From NCBI GenBank assembly GCA_964423425.1, contig CAYRES010000004.1:74736-134255 (forward strand): a stretch of DNA of 59,520 nt, in the 5' to 3' direction. Both the position numbers and the translations under genes were made by a program. This document shows, in pieces, positions 44,992 to 59,048 of the stretch. Position 1 is the first letter of the stretch; every line of letters begins with the position of its first letter. The DNA is from an uncultured Gaiellales bacterium. GTDB lineage: Bacteria; Actinomycetota; Thermoleophilia; RBG-16-64-13. The notes under the pieces were generated by a model. The model made no database searches. It was not told the origin of the DNA and saw nothing but the letters and a program-made list of their open reading frames with translations.

Positions 44992-46221
44992 ATGACTCCA
45001 CGATATCGGAGAACTCTCGGGGCATTCGTGCTCCTTTTTGTGTTGTCGGCCTTCGTGGGTCTGGCCATCCTTGCAGCGCCGGCCGCCGCCGAGAACGGTT
45101 CTCCATCAGGCTCCGGCAGCGCGGCTGTCGCCTCAGAGTTCAATCCCAAGCCTGTTCCCGCGGTCGAAGCCACTGCGGCCATCGTCATGGACATGGAAAG
45201 CGGGCGGGTTCTCTACGACAAGAACGCGGACGAACGTCTCCCGATGGCGTCGACTACGAAGATAATGACCGGGCTGTTGGCCCTCGAGAAGCTGAGCGCC
45301 GGCCAGATGGTCACGGCCTCCGAGCGGGCGTGCGCCGCGGGCGAAAGCGAGATGTGGCTTGAGCCAGGTGAGGTCATAAGTGTCGAGTATCTGCTCCAGG
45401 GCCTTCTGGTGCGCAGCGGGAACGACGCCGCCATCGCCTTGGCTGAGGCGGCCGCGGGGACCTTGGAAGACTTCTTGGTTCTCATGAATGCGCGGGCCAA
45501 GGAGCTCGGTCTGGCCAACACCAGCTTCTCCAACCCGCACGGGCTCGATGGAGCCAATCACTACTCGAGCGCCCGTGATCTTGCGCGTCTCGGCATCATC
45601 GCCATGCAGCACGAGGAGTTCCGCCGCATCGTGGGCATGCAGAAGGTGACCATCCCCTGGGGCAACCGGGAGGGCGACCGGGTGTTCTCAAGCCGCAACC
45701 GCCTGCTGAAGTCGGTCGACTACGCAGACGGCATCAAGACCGGCTTCACCGGCAAGGCCGGCTGGTGCATCGTCCTTTCGGGCACTCAGCGTGGTGCCTC
45801 TCTGATTGTCGTGGTCTTGGGAGGCAAGACACAGGACTCGCGCGACGAAGAGGCGAGAAAGCTCCTCGAGTACGGTTTCTCCCTGTACCAGGAGAGGGTA
45901 CTGGTGGAGAAGTCGGCCCGGGTGGCCGCCGTGCCTATTCCCTACCACTTCGGCACCGAGATGCCGCTTGTGTCGGAGAGCGGACTGGTCCGCAACCTCT
46001 ACCACAAGGATGAGATCGAGACTGTCGTTGATCTCGAGGGGGACGTGAGTCTGCCCATCGAGCGCGGCCAAGTATTGGGGAAGGTCACCTTCGTGAGGGG
46101 TGAGAGTACAATCGGAGAAGTGCCTCTGGTGGCCGAGATCTCAGTGGGTCGGGCCACGTTGGGCATCAAGGTCAAGTACTTCTGGGCGCTGTTCGCCAAC
46201 TGGGTAGGCGGTATCGTCTGA
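44992..46221 (+). CDS. D-alanyl-D-alanine carboxypeptidase (peptidase S11)
   Basis: Signal peptide, ASTTK (SxxK), SGN, NPHGLD and KTG. TG-n-TATACT lies 7 nt before ATG 44992. Confidence 0.93.
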   Translation: MTPRYRRTLGAFVLLFVLSAFVGLAILAAPAAAENGSPSGSGSAAVASEFNPKPVPAVEATAAIVMDMESGRVLYDKNADERLPMASTTKIMTGLLALEKLSAGQMVTASERACAAGESEMWLEPGEVISVEYLLQGLLVRSGNDAAIALAEAAAGTLEDFLVLMNARAKELGLANTSFSNPHGLDGANHYSSARDLARLGIIAMQHEEFRRIVGMQKVTIPWGNREGDRVFSSRNRLLKSVDYADGIKTGFTGKAGWCIVLSGTQRGASLIVVVLGGKTQDSRDEEARKLLEYGFSLYQERVLVEKSARVAAVPIPYHFGTEMPLVSESGLVRNLYHKDEIETVVDLEGDVSLPIERGQVLGKVTFVRGESTIGEVPLVAEISVGRATLGIKVKYFWALFANWVGGIV

Positions 46222-47175
46222 GTGATACTCACGGTGACACTGAACGCAGCGCTCGACCGGACGCTGGCGGTCCCCAACTTCGAGGTGGGGTTCCGCCATC
46301 GGGCCTCCGAGACTCTGTCACTTCCGGGCGGCAAGGGAGTGAACGTGGCCCGGGTAGTCAAGACCGTGGGTCAGCCGGTCATCGCTTCGGGATTCGTGGG
46401 GGGCCGCACGGGCGACCGTCTCATCTCCGAGTTGGAGCGTGAGGACATCCTGTGCGACTTCGTGCGTATCCTGGAGGAATCGCGAACTTCGACGGCCGTG
46501 CTCGATCCGGCGCGGGGCACGACCACGGAGATCAACGAGTACGGTCCCGAGGTATCGCCCCGGGAGGTGAGCCGGCTCTGCGGCAAACTCGACTACCTGG
46601 GCAAGGCCACAGACGTAGTGGTGCTTGCCGGGAGTCTTCCTCGGGGCATCGATCCCGACATCTACTATGCGCTTATCCGCGACCTGCGGCGCTCTGATCT
46701 CATGGTAATGCTTGATACGAGCGGTGACCCATTGCGCCAAGGTCTGAAGGGAGAGCCCGACGTGGTGTTCGCAAACCAGGTGGAGGCCGAGACGGTGATC
46801 GGGCACGAGATCATGACCGACGAGGAGTTCGTGCTCGCCGCCAAGACGCTGCGACACATGGGGGCGCGTTCAGCGGTCGTTCATTCGAAGGAGCGTTGCG
46901 TGGCCCAACTGGAGAGTCCGGAGGGAGTGAAGACGTGTGTCAACCACTCGCTTGACCTCCAGGTGGTCTCCGCCGTGGGATCAGGCGATGCGTTGCTCGG
47001 AGGATTCGCTGCGAAGATGCTCGATGGATGGTCGGCGTATGAGTGTCTTCGCTTCGGTCTCGGCTGCGCGGCAGCCAACACTCTGAAGTTCGGTGCGGGA
47101 GTCTTCTCGCTCGAGGACGCCATTCACTATGCCGACCTGGTCGAGGTCGAGGAGGTACACGAGGTTGAGGTCTGA
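46222..47175 (+). CDS. 1-phosphofructokinase/LacC-family PfkB carbohydrate kinase
   Basis: [31 protein letters not shown] and AVGSGDA. Confidence 0.9.
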   Translation: MILTVTLNAALDRTLAVPNFEVGFRHRASETLSLPGGKGVNVARVVKTVGQPVIASGFVGGRTGDRLISELEREDILCDFVRILEESRTSTAVLDPARGTTTEINEYGPEVSPREVSRLCGKLDYLGKATDVVVLAGSLPRGIDPDIYYALIRDLRRSDLMVMLDTSGDPLRQGLKGEPDVVFANQVEAETVIGHEIMTDEEFVLAAKTLRHMGARSAVVHSKERCVAQLESPEGVKTCVNHSLDLQVVSAVGSGDALLGGFAAKMLDGWSAYECLRFGLGCAAANTLKFGAGVFSLEDAIHYADLVEVEEVHEVEV

Positions 47176-48715
47176 TCTCCCGGGCCCGGTGGGCAGGGTG
47201 CTCGTCCTCGACTTCGGGGCGCAGTACGCACAGTTGATCGCCCGCCGTGTGCGGGAGTGCAGGGTGTATTCGGAGCTGATTCCTTTCGACACTCCCGTCG
47301 AGGAGATCCGCCGGTTGAAGCCCGCGGCGCTCATTCTCTCCGGGGGGCCGCGCAGCGTGAACGACCCCGGGGCTCCCCTGGTCGATCCGGAAGTGCTCAC
47401 CCTGGGCATACCGATACTCGGCATCTGCTACGGCATGCAGCTCCTGGCAGTGCTCGCCGGCGGCGAAGTCGCCCGGACCGAACGGGCGGAATACGGTGGC
47501 ACGCTGGTCGAGGCGGTGGGAGAGAGCACGCTCTTTGCCGAGGTCCCCGGGCGGCAGCAGTGTTGGATGAGCCACGGCGACTCGGTGGTGGGGGTTCCGG
47601 CCGGTTTCGTGGTCACGGCTCGCAGTGCGGAGGTGCCTGTCGCTGCCATGGAAGACGTGCACCGGAAGCTCTACGGGGTCCAGTTCCATCCCGAGGTTCG
47701 GCATACGGTCCCCGGCGAAGTCATTCTCAAGAACTTCCTCCACCGCATAGCCGACATACCACCTGCGTGGACGCCGGTCTCCATTATCGAGGAGGCTGTG
47801 GAGCGTATCAGGGGCCAAGTGGGTTCGGGCAGGGTGGTGTGCGGGCTTTCGGGCGGGGTCGACTCCGCGGTGGCGGCCTTGCTCACATTCAAGGCCATAG
47901 GTGATCAGATCACCTGCATCTTCGTGGACACGGGTCTCATGCGCAAGGGTGAGGGAGAGGAAGTGGAAGACGCCTTCCGCCGCTACTTCCATGTCCCCTT
48001 GGTGCACGTGAAGGCGGAAGAGCACTTCTTGGCAAAGCTTGCCGGCGTGGAGGACCCGGAACGGAAGCGCAAGATCATCGGTGAGGAGTTCATCCGCACC
48101 TTCGAGCGTGAGGCCGAAAGAGTGGGCGACGTGCGTTTCTTGGTGCAGGGCACTCTGTATCCGGATGTCATCGAGTCGGGCACGAAGACCGCTGCGATCA
48201 TCAAGTCGCACCATAACGTGGGCGGCCTCCCTGCCGACATGGACTTCGAGCTGGTCGAGCCGTTGCGCATGCTGTTCAAGGATGAGGTTCGGGCGGTAGG
48301 GGAGGAATTGGGGTTGCCCGAACCCATGGTCTGGAGGCAGCCGTTCCCGGGCCCCGGTCTTGGCGTCCGCATTATCGGCGAGGTGACGAAGGAGCGGCTT
48401 GATATCCTGCGTGAGGCCGACGCCGTTCTCATCGAAGAGGTGCGGCGGGCCGGTCTCTATCGTGACATCTGGCAGTGCTTCGCCGTGCTGCCGGCTATTC
48501 GCAGTGTGGGCGTCATGGGCGACGAGCGCACGTACTCGTACCCCATCGTGCTTCGGGCGGTGACCTCAGACGACGCCATGACGGCAGACTGGGCCAGGTT
48601 GCCGCACGAGTTCCTCGCCCGGGTTTCGAACCGCATCATCAACGAGGTGCCGGGCGTCAACCGTGTGGCATACGACATCTCCAGCAAGCCGCCGTCTACC
48701 ATCGAATGGGAGTGA
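47165..48715 (+). CDS. guaA: GMP synthase (glutamine-hydrolysing)
   Basis: [36 protein letters not shown] and [12 protein letters not shown] start follows GGAGGT. Confidence 0.97.
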   Translation: MRSDLPGPVGRVLVLDFGAQYAQLIARRVRECRVYSELIPFDTPVEEIRRLKPAALILSGGPRSVNDPGAPLVDPEVLTLGIPILGICYGMQLLAVLAGGEVARTERAEYGGTLVEAVGESTLFAEVPGRQQCWMSHGDSVVGVPAGFVVTARSAEVPVAAMEDVHRKLYGVQFHPEVRHTVPGEVILKNFLHRIADIPPAWTPVSIIEEAVERIRGQVGSGRVVCGLSGGVDSAVAALLTFKAIGDQITCIFVDTGLMRKGEGEEVEDAFRRYFHVPLVHVKAEEHFLAKLAGVEDPERKRKIIGEEFIRTFEREAERVGDVRFLVQGTLYPDVIESGTKTAAIIKSHHNVGGLPADMDFELVEPLRMLFKDEVRAVGEELGLPEPMVWRQPFPGPGLGVRIIGEVTKERLDILREADAVLIEEVRRAGLYRDIWQCFAVLPAIRSVGVMGDERTYSYPIVLRAVTSDDAMTADWARLPHEFLARVSNRIINEVPGVNRVAYDISSKPPSTIEWE

Positions 48716-49188
48716 TACGGGAAGGGGGAGCAGGCATCAGCGTTTCGGCACAGCCAACACCAGAACAAGGGACATCCGGCGTTGAACCTCCCGACGGAGC
48801 CCAGGCAAAGCCTCGGGAGGAACTGTCCACCATTCATGGGAGGGCGTTTCTGGCTGCGAGGGCCGCCCTCGACTTGAAGGCCACGGACATCACCATCCTG
48901 GACATGCATGAGCTGGTCACCTACACCGATTACCTCCTCCTGTGTACGGGACGGAGCACCCGCCAGACCCGCCGGATATCGGAAGAGATCATCCACGCGC
49001 TCAAGTCCTCCGCCAGCGTGGTACCTGCACGGGTGGAGGGCCAGGTCTTGGGTGAGTGGATACTTCTGGACTACCTGGACTTCATCGTGCACGTGTTCAC
49101 TCCCGGCACCCGGGAGTTCTATCGCTTGGACGTGTTGTGGAAGGCGGCCCCGGCCGAGGCGATCGAGGCGCCGGGAGCCGGGGAGTAG
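48712..49188 (+). CDS. rsfS: Ribosome silencing factor (Iojap)
   Basis: KATDITILD...[24 protein letters not shown]....REFYRL..LW. Start uncertain (GTG 48712 or ATC 48736). Confidence 0.9.
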   Translation: MIREGGAGISVSAQPTPEQGTSGVEPPDGAQAKPREELSTIHGRAFLAARAALDLKATDITILDMHELVTYTDYLLLCTGRSTRQTRRISEEIIHALKSSASVVPARVEGQVLGEWILLDYLDFIVHVFTPGTREFYRLDVLWKAAPAEAIEAPGAGE

Positions 49189-49203
49189 ATGCCACTCATC
49201 CAT

Positions 49204-49232
49204 TTGAATCACGCGCCCCGACTCGCTATACT
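49204..49232 (+). promoter_or_regulatory. Promoter of tRNA-Ala
   Basis: TTGAAT-N17-TATACT. Confidence 0.75.
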
Positions 49233-49276
49233 TCGTCTCCCGCGGAGGCGGAGTCCGCATCCGTTCCCGTGGGCGT

Positions 49277-49352
49277 GGGGGTATAGCTCAGTTGGGAGAG
49301 CGCGACGCTGGCAGCGTTGAGGCCAGGGGTTCGAGTCCCCTTACCTCCACCA
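49277..49352 (+). tRNA. tRNA-Ala (GGC)
   Basis: Cloverleaf with acceptor GGGGGTA/TACCTCC including G3:U70, D arm AGCTCAGTTGGGAGAGC, anticodon loop CT-GGC-AG, T loop TTCGAGT and encoded CCA. Confidence 0.97.
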
Positions 49353-49368
49353 TACGCAAGACAGGTGT

Positions 49369-49400
49369 GCAGAAGGCCCGGCCCAAGCCGGGCCTTCTGC
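49369..49400 (+). terminator. Hairpin terminator after tRNA-Ala
   Basis: GCAGAAGGCCCGGC-ccaa-GCCGGGCCTTCTGC, a 14-bp stem. Confidence 0.75.
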
Positions 49401-49457
49401 GTCGCCATGGGGCAACCGCATCATGATGCCGGGGATGGCTGAGTATACTGAGTTGCA

Positions 49458-49670
49458 GTGGAGTCATGGCAGAAATACAAGGTGCTGCTCGCCATCGTTC
49501 TCGCCGTCTTGGTGATCGCTGCGGTGGTTGTCACCCTGGTGGTCACGGCGCTCGAGAGCGGTGAGTCCCGGGGTGTCTCCGCGGTGGAGGTGGGGTGCTC
49601 CGGTAACGGCAACGTGTTCCTGGCAGTGTTGGGGGCGGTGGTCGGAGTCGGCCTCCCCAGGCGAGTATAA
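49458..49670 (+). CDS. Small membrane protein, hypothetical
   Basis: 70 aa with two hydrophobic segments. TATACT lies 8 nt upstream of the GTG. Confidence 0.5.
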   Translation: MESWQKYKVLLAIVLAVLVIAAVVVTLVVTALESGESRGVSAVEVGCSGNGNVFLAVLGAVVGVGLPRRV

Positions 49671-49678
49671 TTCCAGTC

Positions 49679-52536
<2,858 letters not shown>

Positions 52537-52540
<4 letters not shown>

Positions 52541-53466
52541 GCGGCGGCTCCGAAGGCATGGGCGGCCGCTGTGGCGGAGGGAGCGGTGGGATTGACTGCG
52601 GTGCGAGTGGTGCCCCCGAGGAAGCCACCGCCCCGCGAAGCCCAGGGTTGCAGCCGTCGCGGCGGGTGAGGGCGGTGCTCGTCGATGTGGAGGGCACCCT
52701 GAGGTACGGAGGCAAGCTACTCCCGGGGTGCGCACTGGCCCTCGATGAGTTGCGCGCCTCCGGCCGCCAACTCCGATTCCTCACCAACATCGACTCGAAG
52801 ACGCCGGCGTCTATTGCTCGAAGTCTCACCGCTGCCGGTCTGGTGGTGGGCGAGGAGGAGGTGGTGACACCGGTGACGGCGCTCACACTCCTGCTCGAGT
52901 CCCGCCCCGATGTGCGGGTGTATGCACTGGTGTCGGCGGAGATTCACGGGTACCTGATAGCGTGTGGCCACGGATCTCGGCTCGCCAAGGAGGGGGAAGA
53001 GGCGGATGTGGTGGTCGTGGGTGACGCCCATGACAATCTCGACTATGAGAGCTTGAACTGCGCCTTCCGGCTCGTCATGGCCGGCGCTGAGCTGGTGGCG
53101 TTGCAGCGCCAAGGCTACTTCATGGGCGCCGATGGCTACCATCTCGACACGGGGGCCTTCGCGGCGGTGTTGGAATATGCGGCGGGGGCTGAGGCCTTGG
53201 TGCTCGGCAAACCTTCACCCTGTGTGTACGAGCTGGTGTTCAGGGGGCTGGGTCTAGATGCGGCCGACGTTGTCGCCGTGGGCGACGACGTCGGCATAGA
53301 CGTGGCCGGAGCGAAAGGGGTGGGTGCACGGGCAGTGTTGGTGCGCACCGGCAAGTACTTGGAGCGTCGGCTTGCCGGGGCGCTCGCGCAGCCCGACGCC
53401 GTGCTCTCCTCGTTTGCCGATCTTCCCGGTTGGCTGGCCGAGCGGGAAGGAGACGGCTCTGGCTGA
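52537..53466 (+). CDS. HAD-superfamily subfamily IIA hydrolase (LHPP/HDHD2/NagD-like)
   Basis: [17 protein letters not shown] and VGDD...DVAGA...G....LVRTGKY. Confidence 0.88.
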
Positions 53467-54784
53467 AGAGGTGCGCTTCGTGGAGAGTGGGGCCCCGGTG
53501 GAGCGGGCCTTCCTCGTGACCGTCGATACCGGCGGCGATCAGGGGTGGACGGCCGAGGAGTCTCTGGCCGAGCTCGGCGCCTTGGCCGAGACTGCGGGTG
53601 CGGTGGTGGTGGGCAGCTTGGTCCAGAAGCGGGAGCTTGTGCACCCCAACTACTACGTGGGCAAGGGCAAGGCCGACGAGTTGGCCGCCACAAAGCCGGC
53701 TCTCGATTTCGGCCTGCTGATAGCGGATGATGAGTTGTCACCCAAGCAACAGAGAGCACTGGAAGAATTGCTCGACGTGAAGGTGCTCGACCGGACGGGC
53801 CTCATTCTCGACATCTTCGCCCAGCGGGCCCGTACACACGAGGGCAGGATCCAGGTGGAGTTGGCCCAGCTCGAATACCAGCTGCCCCGGCTCACACGCC
53901 TGTGGACTCACCTCTCCCGTACGGGCGGTGGCATCGGCACCCGGGGGCCGGGTGAAACTCAGCTCGAGACCGACCGTCGCGTCATTCGCAAGCGCATCAA
54001 GACCATGAAGCAAAAGGTGAGCGAAGTGAGGCTGCGGCGTGAGACGGCCGCCCGCGGCCGTGAGCGCCGCAGCCTCCCAAGTATGGCCATTGTGGGCTAC
54101 ACCAACGCCGGTAAGTCCACGCTTCTCAATGCTTTGGTCGGCAACGAGGTCGCTTACGCTGAAGACCAGCTCTTCGCCACTCTCGACCCCACCATCCGCA
54201 AGGTGAGCCTGGGGGGAGGGCAGGTCATCATCGCGAGCGACACCGTTGGATTCATCCACAAGCTCCCACATCAGCTGGTCGACGCCTTCCGGGCAACCCT
54301 CGAACAAGTCACGAGGTCCGATCTGTTGCTCATCGTGGTCGACGTGGCCGACCCTCACGCCGAAGAGCATCTCAACACGGTCCAAGTGGTGCTCGACGAG
54401 TTGGGTGCGGGTGATCTGCCTCGCGTGGTGGCTTTGAACAAGTCCGACGTGGTGCGGGCCCGCGGTGAGAGGGTGACGCCGCCGTGGAGGGTGAGACACG
54501 GGGTTACGGTGTCCGCCCGCACGGGTGAGGGGCTTGACGACCTGCGGGAGCGCATCGCGTCCGTGCTCGCCGAGTTGTGGGTGGATGTCGATCTGAGGGT
54601 GCCCTACTCAGCGGGTGAACTCATGTCACGCGTGCGGGAGCGGGGATCGGTCGATCTCGAGTACGGGGGCGACGACGTCCGTGTGGTGGGCAGGGTGGCG
54701 CCAAGTCTTGCCGGAGAATTGGCGGCCGAGGCCGAGGGCTGGTCACGCGCGCTCCGCCAGCGCGACCGTGAAGGCGATGCCTGA
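53459..54784 (+). CDS. hflX: GTPase HflX
   Basis: LILDIFAQRA, GIGTRGPGETQLE.DRR, GYTNAGKST, LFATLDPT, DTVGFI and NKSD. Start is CTG 53459 (after AAGGAG) or GTG 53471. Confidence 0.96.
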   Translation: MAEEVRFVESGAPVERAFLVTVDTGGDQGWTAEESLAELGALAETAGAVVVGSLVQKRELVHPNYYVGKGKADELAATKPALDFGLLIADDELSPKQQRALEELLDVKVLDRTGLILDIFAQRARTHEGRIQVELAQLEYQLPRLTRLWTHLSRTGGGIGTRGPGETQLETDRRVIRKRIKTMKQKVSEVRLRRETAARGRERRSLPSMAIVGYTNAGKSTLLNALVGNEVAYAEDQLFATLDPTIRKVSLGGGQVIIASDTVGFIHKLPHQLVDAFRATLEQVTRSDLLLIVVDVADPHAEEHLNTVQVVLDELGAGDLPRVVALNKSDVVRARGERVTPPWRVRHGVTVSARTGEGLDDLRERIASVLAELWVDVDLRVPYSAGELMSRVRERGSVDLEYGGDDVRVVGRVAPSLAGELAAEAEGWSRALRQRDREGDA

Positions 54785-54921
54785 GCGGGTCGGACGGCTC
54801 GGCCGGCGCCGGAGCGCGAGAATCCGGTGCGGGCCGACAAACCACGCGGCCCGGCTCTACCGCGCCCAGCCCCGACATATGCGGGCTTCAGGTGGCGGTA
54901 GCGAGGGCGGCCCTCCCGCGC

Positions 54922-55983
54922 CTATTTTTTGAACAAGGTCTGAGCCGACCGCACGGCCTCGGCCAAGAGCTCCGCTCCCCAGGTGAGGTCGGAGAGCGAG
55001 AGCACCTCGATGGGCGAGTGGATGTACCGGGTGGGTACGCTTATCACCCCAGAGGGGATGCCGGCCTTGGTCAGGTGCACGGCGGTGGCGTCGGTGGTGC
55101 CGCCGCTCGCCACGTCCAACTGGTAGGGGAGGGAGCGTCGCTCGGCGGCCTCGCGCAGCCAGGCGATCACGTTGTCGGGCACGATCACACCCCGACCGTC
55201 GGCGTCGACGATGGTAATGGATGGGCCTGCTCCGAGCTTGAGGTGCCGCTGCTCCTTGGTGACCCCGGGGTGGTCGCCGGGTATGGTGACTTCCGAGATG
55301 AGGGCCACGTCGGGGTCGAGATCGAAGGCGCTTGTACGGGCCCCCTTGAGGCCCACCTCTTCCTGCACCGTGCCCACCGCTTGGATGGTCGCGGCCACCT
55401 CTTCGCCGGCGAGGAGTTCGAGGGCGGCCACCATCATCACCACTCCGGCGCGGTCGTCGAAGGACTTGCCCGTGACGAGATCGTTCCCGAGGGGAGCCAC
55501 CTTGCGGTCGATGGTGATGACCGAGCCTATCTCCACACCGAGCGCGGCGGCGTCATCGGCGTCCCGGGCCCCCACATCGATGAACATGTCCTTGATCTTC
55601 ACGGGCTTCTTGCGTTCCTCCTCATCCATGATGTGTGGTGGTTTGGAACCGACCACGCCGTAGAGGGGGCCTTTCGTGCCGTGTACCACCACCCGCTGGC
55701 CTAGGAGCACCTGATCGTACCAGCCGCCGAGAGGAATGAAGCGCAGGAAGCCCTGCTCGTCGATGTACTTGGCCATGAGGCCTATCTCGTCCATGTGGGC
55801 GGCGATCATGACCTTCGGTCCGGTACCCCGGCGTACGCCGACGACGTTGCCGAAGTTGTCGACCCGTACCTCATCGGTGACCTTGGCGAGTTCGTGTGCC
55901 ACGAGGTCACGTATCGCGCCCTCGCGCCCCGATACCCCTGATGCTTCCGAGAAGGTCGTGAGCAGTTGCGTGATGTCGGCCAT
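54922..55983 (-). CDS. M42 family aminopeptidase (TET/FrvX-like)
   Basis: GVSGRE, AAHMDEIG, FDDRAG, VQEEVGLKGA, GGTTDA and PTRYIHSP. Confidence 0.93.
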   Translation of the reverse strand: MADITQLLTTFSEASGVSGREGAIRDLVAHELAKVTDEVRVDNFGNVVGVRRGTGPKVMIAAHMDEIGLMAKYIDEQGFLRFIPLGGWYDQVLLGQRVVVHGTKGPLYGVVGSKPPHIMDEEERKKPVKIKDMFIDVGARDADDAAALGVEIGSVITIDRKVAPLGNDLVTGKSFDDRAGVVMMVAALELLAGEEVAATIQAVGTVQEEVGLKGARTSAFDLDPDVALISEVTIPGDHPGVTKEQRHLKLGAGPSITIVDADGRGVIVPDNVIAWLREAAERRSLPYQLDVASGGTTDATAVHLTKAGIPSGVISVPTRYIHSPIEVLSLSDLTWGAELLAEAVRSAQTLFKK

Positions 55984-56273
55984 GCGTATCCCTTTCCGCT
56001 GCACGTGAGTCGCGCGCTCTCCCCGTGCGTCTTGTGTGGCAGGTGCTTCGCCTCCGCCCGGCTGCACCAGAGTCGGTCTGTGCCGGTGATGACTGCACCA
56101 CGAAAAGAAAGCATAGCACCCGGGTACCTGGGCCGGGCGGGTGGCGAAGACAACCGGCCGGGGCTCCTGAGTATAATCGAGGTTGGTCCTTGTGGTGGGG
56201 CCGGCCCATCCCGGTAGACACCCCTGTGACCCGGAAGGTAATGCCGAACCACGGCAAGCAAGGAGGTTCTCTC

Positions 56274-57071
56274 ATGGCGGGTGTGCTCGCCGGACGAAGA
56301 GGGGTCGTTCTGGGGGTTGCGAACGAGCGCAGTCTGGCCTGGGGCATCGCCCAGGCGGCGGCCCGGGAAGGGGCCGAACTCGCCTTCACCTTCGGTGCTC
56401 CGGTGCTCGAGAAGAGAGTGAGGCCGCTTGCCGCCCAGGCTGGGTCACAGCTGGTGTTTCCCTGCGACGTGCAGGACGATGTTCAAATCGACGATGTGTT
56501 CGCCGCTATCCAGGAGGAGTGGGGCGGCCTCGACTTCGTGGTCCACGCCGTCGCGTTCGCCGATCGCGAGGAGTTGCGCGGTGAGTTCTTGGAGACCTCC
56601 CGGGAGGGTTTCCGGTTGGCCATGGAAGTGTCGGCCTACTCCCTGGTGGCGGTGGCGCGTCGGGCGGTCCCGCTCATCAAGGAAGGGGGCAGCCTGCTCA
56701 CCTTGTCGTACCTGGGGGCGGAACGCACCGTGCCCCACTACAACGTCATGGGTGTGGCCAAAGCCGCCCTGGAGGCGAGCGTGAGATACCTGGCGGCTGA
56801 CGTGGGCCCGCGCGGCGTCAGGGTCAACGGCATCTCGGCCGGCCCGGTGCGCACGTTGGCGGCCGCCGGGGTAGGGGGGTTCCACGCGGTTCTCGACTGG
56901 TATGCTGCCGCCGCGCCGTTGAGGAGGGCGACCACCCAACAGGAGGTGGGCGACGCCGCGCTGCTCTTACTCTCCGACTGGGGGAGGGGCATCACCGGGG
57001 AGATCCTACATGTGGACTCGGGGTACCACTCAGTGGGTGTTCCTCCCACGATCGGGGATACGGTTGGCTGA
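56274..57071 (+). CDS. fabI: Enoyl-ACP reductase (NADH)
   Basis: GVANERSLAWGIA, VSAYSL, YNVMGVAKAALE and ISAGPVRTLAA. Confidence 0.95.
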   Translation: MAGVLAGRRGVVLGVANERSLAWGIAQAAAREGAELAFTFGAPVLEKRVRPLAAQAGSQLVFPCDVQDDVQIDDVFAAIQEEWGGLDFVVHAVAFADREELRGEFLETSREGFRLAMEVSAYSLVAVARRAVPLIKEGGSLLTLSYLGAERTVPHYNVMGVAKAALEASVRYLAADVGPRGVRVNGISAGPVRTLAAAGVGGFHAVLDWYAAAAPLRRATTQQEVGDAALLLLSDWGRGITGEILHVDSGYHSVGVPPTIGDTVG

Positions 57072-59004
57072 CGGTCCCTCTCCCGGCAAGAACGGCGCGG
57101 TTGCGGATACCGTGCGGAGTGCGCCCGATCTTCCCGGCGCCTATCTGTTCCGTGATTCCCGGGGAGACGTGCTCTACGTGGGCAAAGCCCTGTCCCTGCG
57201 CAGGCGACTGAGTGGGTACCTCCCTGCGCTCGAGCAGCGCGACAGCGGACGTGTCTCTCCGGCGAAGGTGAGGGAGATGGCGGGGAAGGCTCGTTCCCTG
57301 GAGTGGATTGTCACCTCGTCGGAGGTGGAGGCGCTTCTTCTCGAGCACAACCTCATCAAGCAGCATCTCCCTCCCTACAACATTCGCCTGCGTGACGACA
57401 AGTCCTACCCCTATATCGCACTCACCATGTCTGAGGAGTATCCGCGGGTTGTGTTCACCCGGCAGCCGCACCGGCGCGGCGATCGATACTTCGGGCCCTA
57501 CGCCTCTGCGGCCAAGGTGCGCGAGACACTCGATACACTCAGCCGTATCTTCCCCTTCCGGAGGTGCCGGGGAGTCCGCCCGGGAAGGCGGAGCGGCTCA
57601 CCCTGCCTTCAGTATCACATCAAGAGATGTCTGGCTCCTTGTGTAGGCGGTACGAGCCCGGATGAGTACCGGCAGGTGGTTGAGCAGGTGGCCGAGTTCC
57701 TTGGTGGACGGGGAGCGCATCTTCTGCGGCGGTTCGAGGCGCAGATGACGGAGGCCTCAGCGGGTCACGATTTCGAGCGAGCCGCTCTCTACCGGGACCG
57801 GTTGACGGCCCTGCGTCACGTTCTCGAGCGGCAGCAGGCCAAGACCTTCTCCTTGGGCACGGTCGACGTGATAGGTTTCGCCCGCGATGAGCGCAGCGCC
57901 AATGCGCAGGTCTTCCTCACGCGCGACGGGCTGCTCACCGATCGGCGCAGCTTCACCCTCGAGGGCGTGGAGGGAACGGCCGACCAAGAGGTCTTCGAGC
58001 GCTTCTTCGGTGAATACTACGGTGCCGCCCTTTTCGTACCGCCCGAGATCGTGGTGCCTCCGAGCGTAGAGGGTCTCGAGGCCTTGGGCGGGTTTCTGGA
58101 AGGACTGCGGGGACAGAAGGCCGTCATACGCCACGCTGAGCGGGGGGACAAGCGACGCCTGCAGCAGCTTGCCGAGAAGAACGCGGCGCTTGCCCTGGAA
58201 CAGGCGCGTCACGCGGGCGAGGGTGCCTCGGCGCGACGCCTGGCGGCGCTCGAGCGGATGCGTGAGGTGCTTGACCTTCCCCGTCTCCCTCTGCGTATCG
58301 AGGGGTACGATGTGTCCAACCTGGCGGGTGAGCACGTGGTGGCGTCGATGGTGGTCTTCGAGGGGGGCGTCCCGCACTCGTCCGACTACCGCCGTTTCGC
58401 CATCCGGGGTTTCAAAGGGCAGGACGACACCGCCGCCATGCGTGAAGCGCTTTCGAGGAGGCTGCGGCGCGAAGCGGATTCGCTCGGTGACCCCTCACAG
58501 GAGCCCGGCGCCATGGCATCTTCCGGCCCGAGCTCTGGCCCGGCGTATGATCCGTCGTTCGAGGCGGTCCCCGATGTGATCCTGGTCGACGGTGGTCTGC
58601 CCCAAATGGGGGTGGCTGCGGCCGTGCTGGCCGAGTTGGATCTCTCGCACACCATCGCACTCGTAGCCCTCGCCAAGCGGGAGGAGGTGCTCTACCTGCC
58701 CGGGCGTGTGTCTCCGCTTCGCTTGGAGCGCGACGACCCGGCGTTGTTGTTGCTGCAGCACGTACGTGATGAGGCCCACCGCTTCGCGCTCGGCTTTCAC
58801 CGGGCACGGCGGCGGGTGGCGGCGACGGAGTCGTTTCTCGACGGTCTCCCGGGGGTAGGTGACAAGAGAAAGAGGGCACTACTCACACACTTCGGCAGCC
58901 CCGATGCCTTCCTGCGGGCGTCTCGCGAGGAACTTGAAGCAGTGCCCGGACTGCCCGGCAAGGTGGCACGGGACATCTACAACTACGTCCACAAGACCGG
59001 ATGA
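57064..59004 (+). CDS. uvrC: Excinuclease ABC subunit C
   Basis: PGAYLF..LYVGKA (GIY-YIG), YNIRLRDDKSYPYI, RIEGYDVS, VDGG..Q, RDEAHRFA and a C-terminal HhH. Confidence 0.97.
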   Translation: MADGPSPGKNGAVADTVRSAPDLPGAYLFRDSRGDVLYVGKALSLRRRLSGYLPALEQRDSGRVSPAKVREMAGKARSLEWIVTSSEVEALLLEHNLIKQHLPPYNIRLRDDKSYPYIALTMSEEYPRVVFTRQPHRRGDRYFGPYASAAKVRETLDTLSRIFPFRRCRGVRPGRRSGSPCLQYHIKRCLAPCVGGTSPDEYRQVVEQVAEFLGGRGAHLLRRFEAQMTEASAGHDFERAALYRDRLTALRHVLERQQAKTFSLGTVDVIGFARDERSANAQVFLTRDGLLTDRRSFTLEGVEGTADQEVFERFFGEYYGAALFVPPEIVVPPSVEGLEALGGFLEGLRGQKAVIRHAERGDKRRLQQLAEKNAALALEQARHAGEGASARRLAALERMREVLDLPRLPLRIEGYDVSNLAGEHVVASMVVFEGGVPHSSDYRRFAIRGFKGQDDTAAMREALSRRLRREADSLGDPSQEPGAMASSGPSSGPAYDPSFEAVPDVILVDGGLPQMGVAAAVLAELDLSHTIALVALAKREEVLYLPGRVSPLRLERDDPALLLLQHVRDEAHRFALGFHRARRRVAATESFLDGLPGVGDKRKRALLTHFGSPDAFLRASREELEAVPGLPGKVARDIYNYVHKTG

Positions 59005-59048
59005 GAGTTTCATCTGCGATAACGCACGAGAGCGGGGGGAGGAGTGGC

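Noticed and set aside
46219-46224. In-frame TGA-GTG junction between the carboxypeptidase and PfkB genes as possible selenocysteine readthrough
   Set aside because: Both proteins are complete and unrelated, the TGA is not at a catalytic Cys position, and no SECIS-like hairpin was recognised.
49277-49352. tRNA-Ala as an integration site for a genomic island
   Set aside because: It is flanked by housekeeping genes, with no integrase and no duplicated tRNA 3' end seen in the window.
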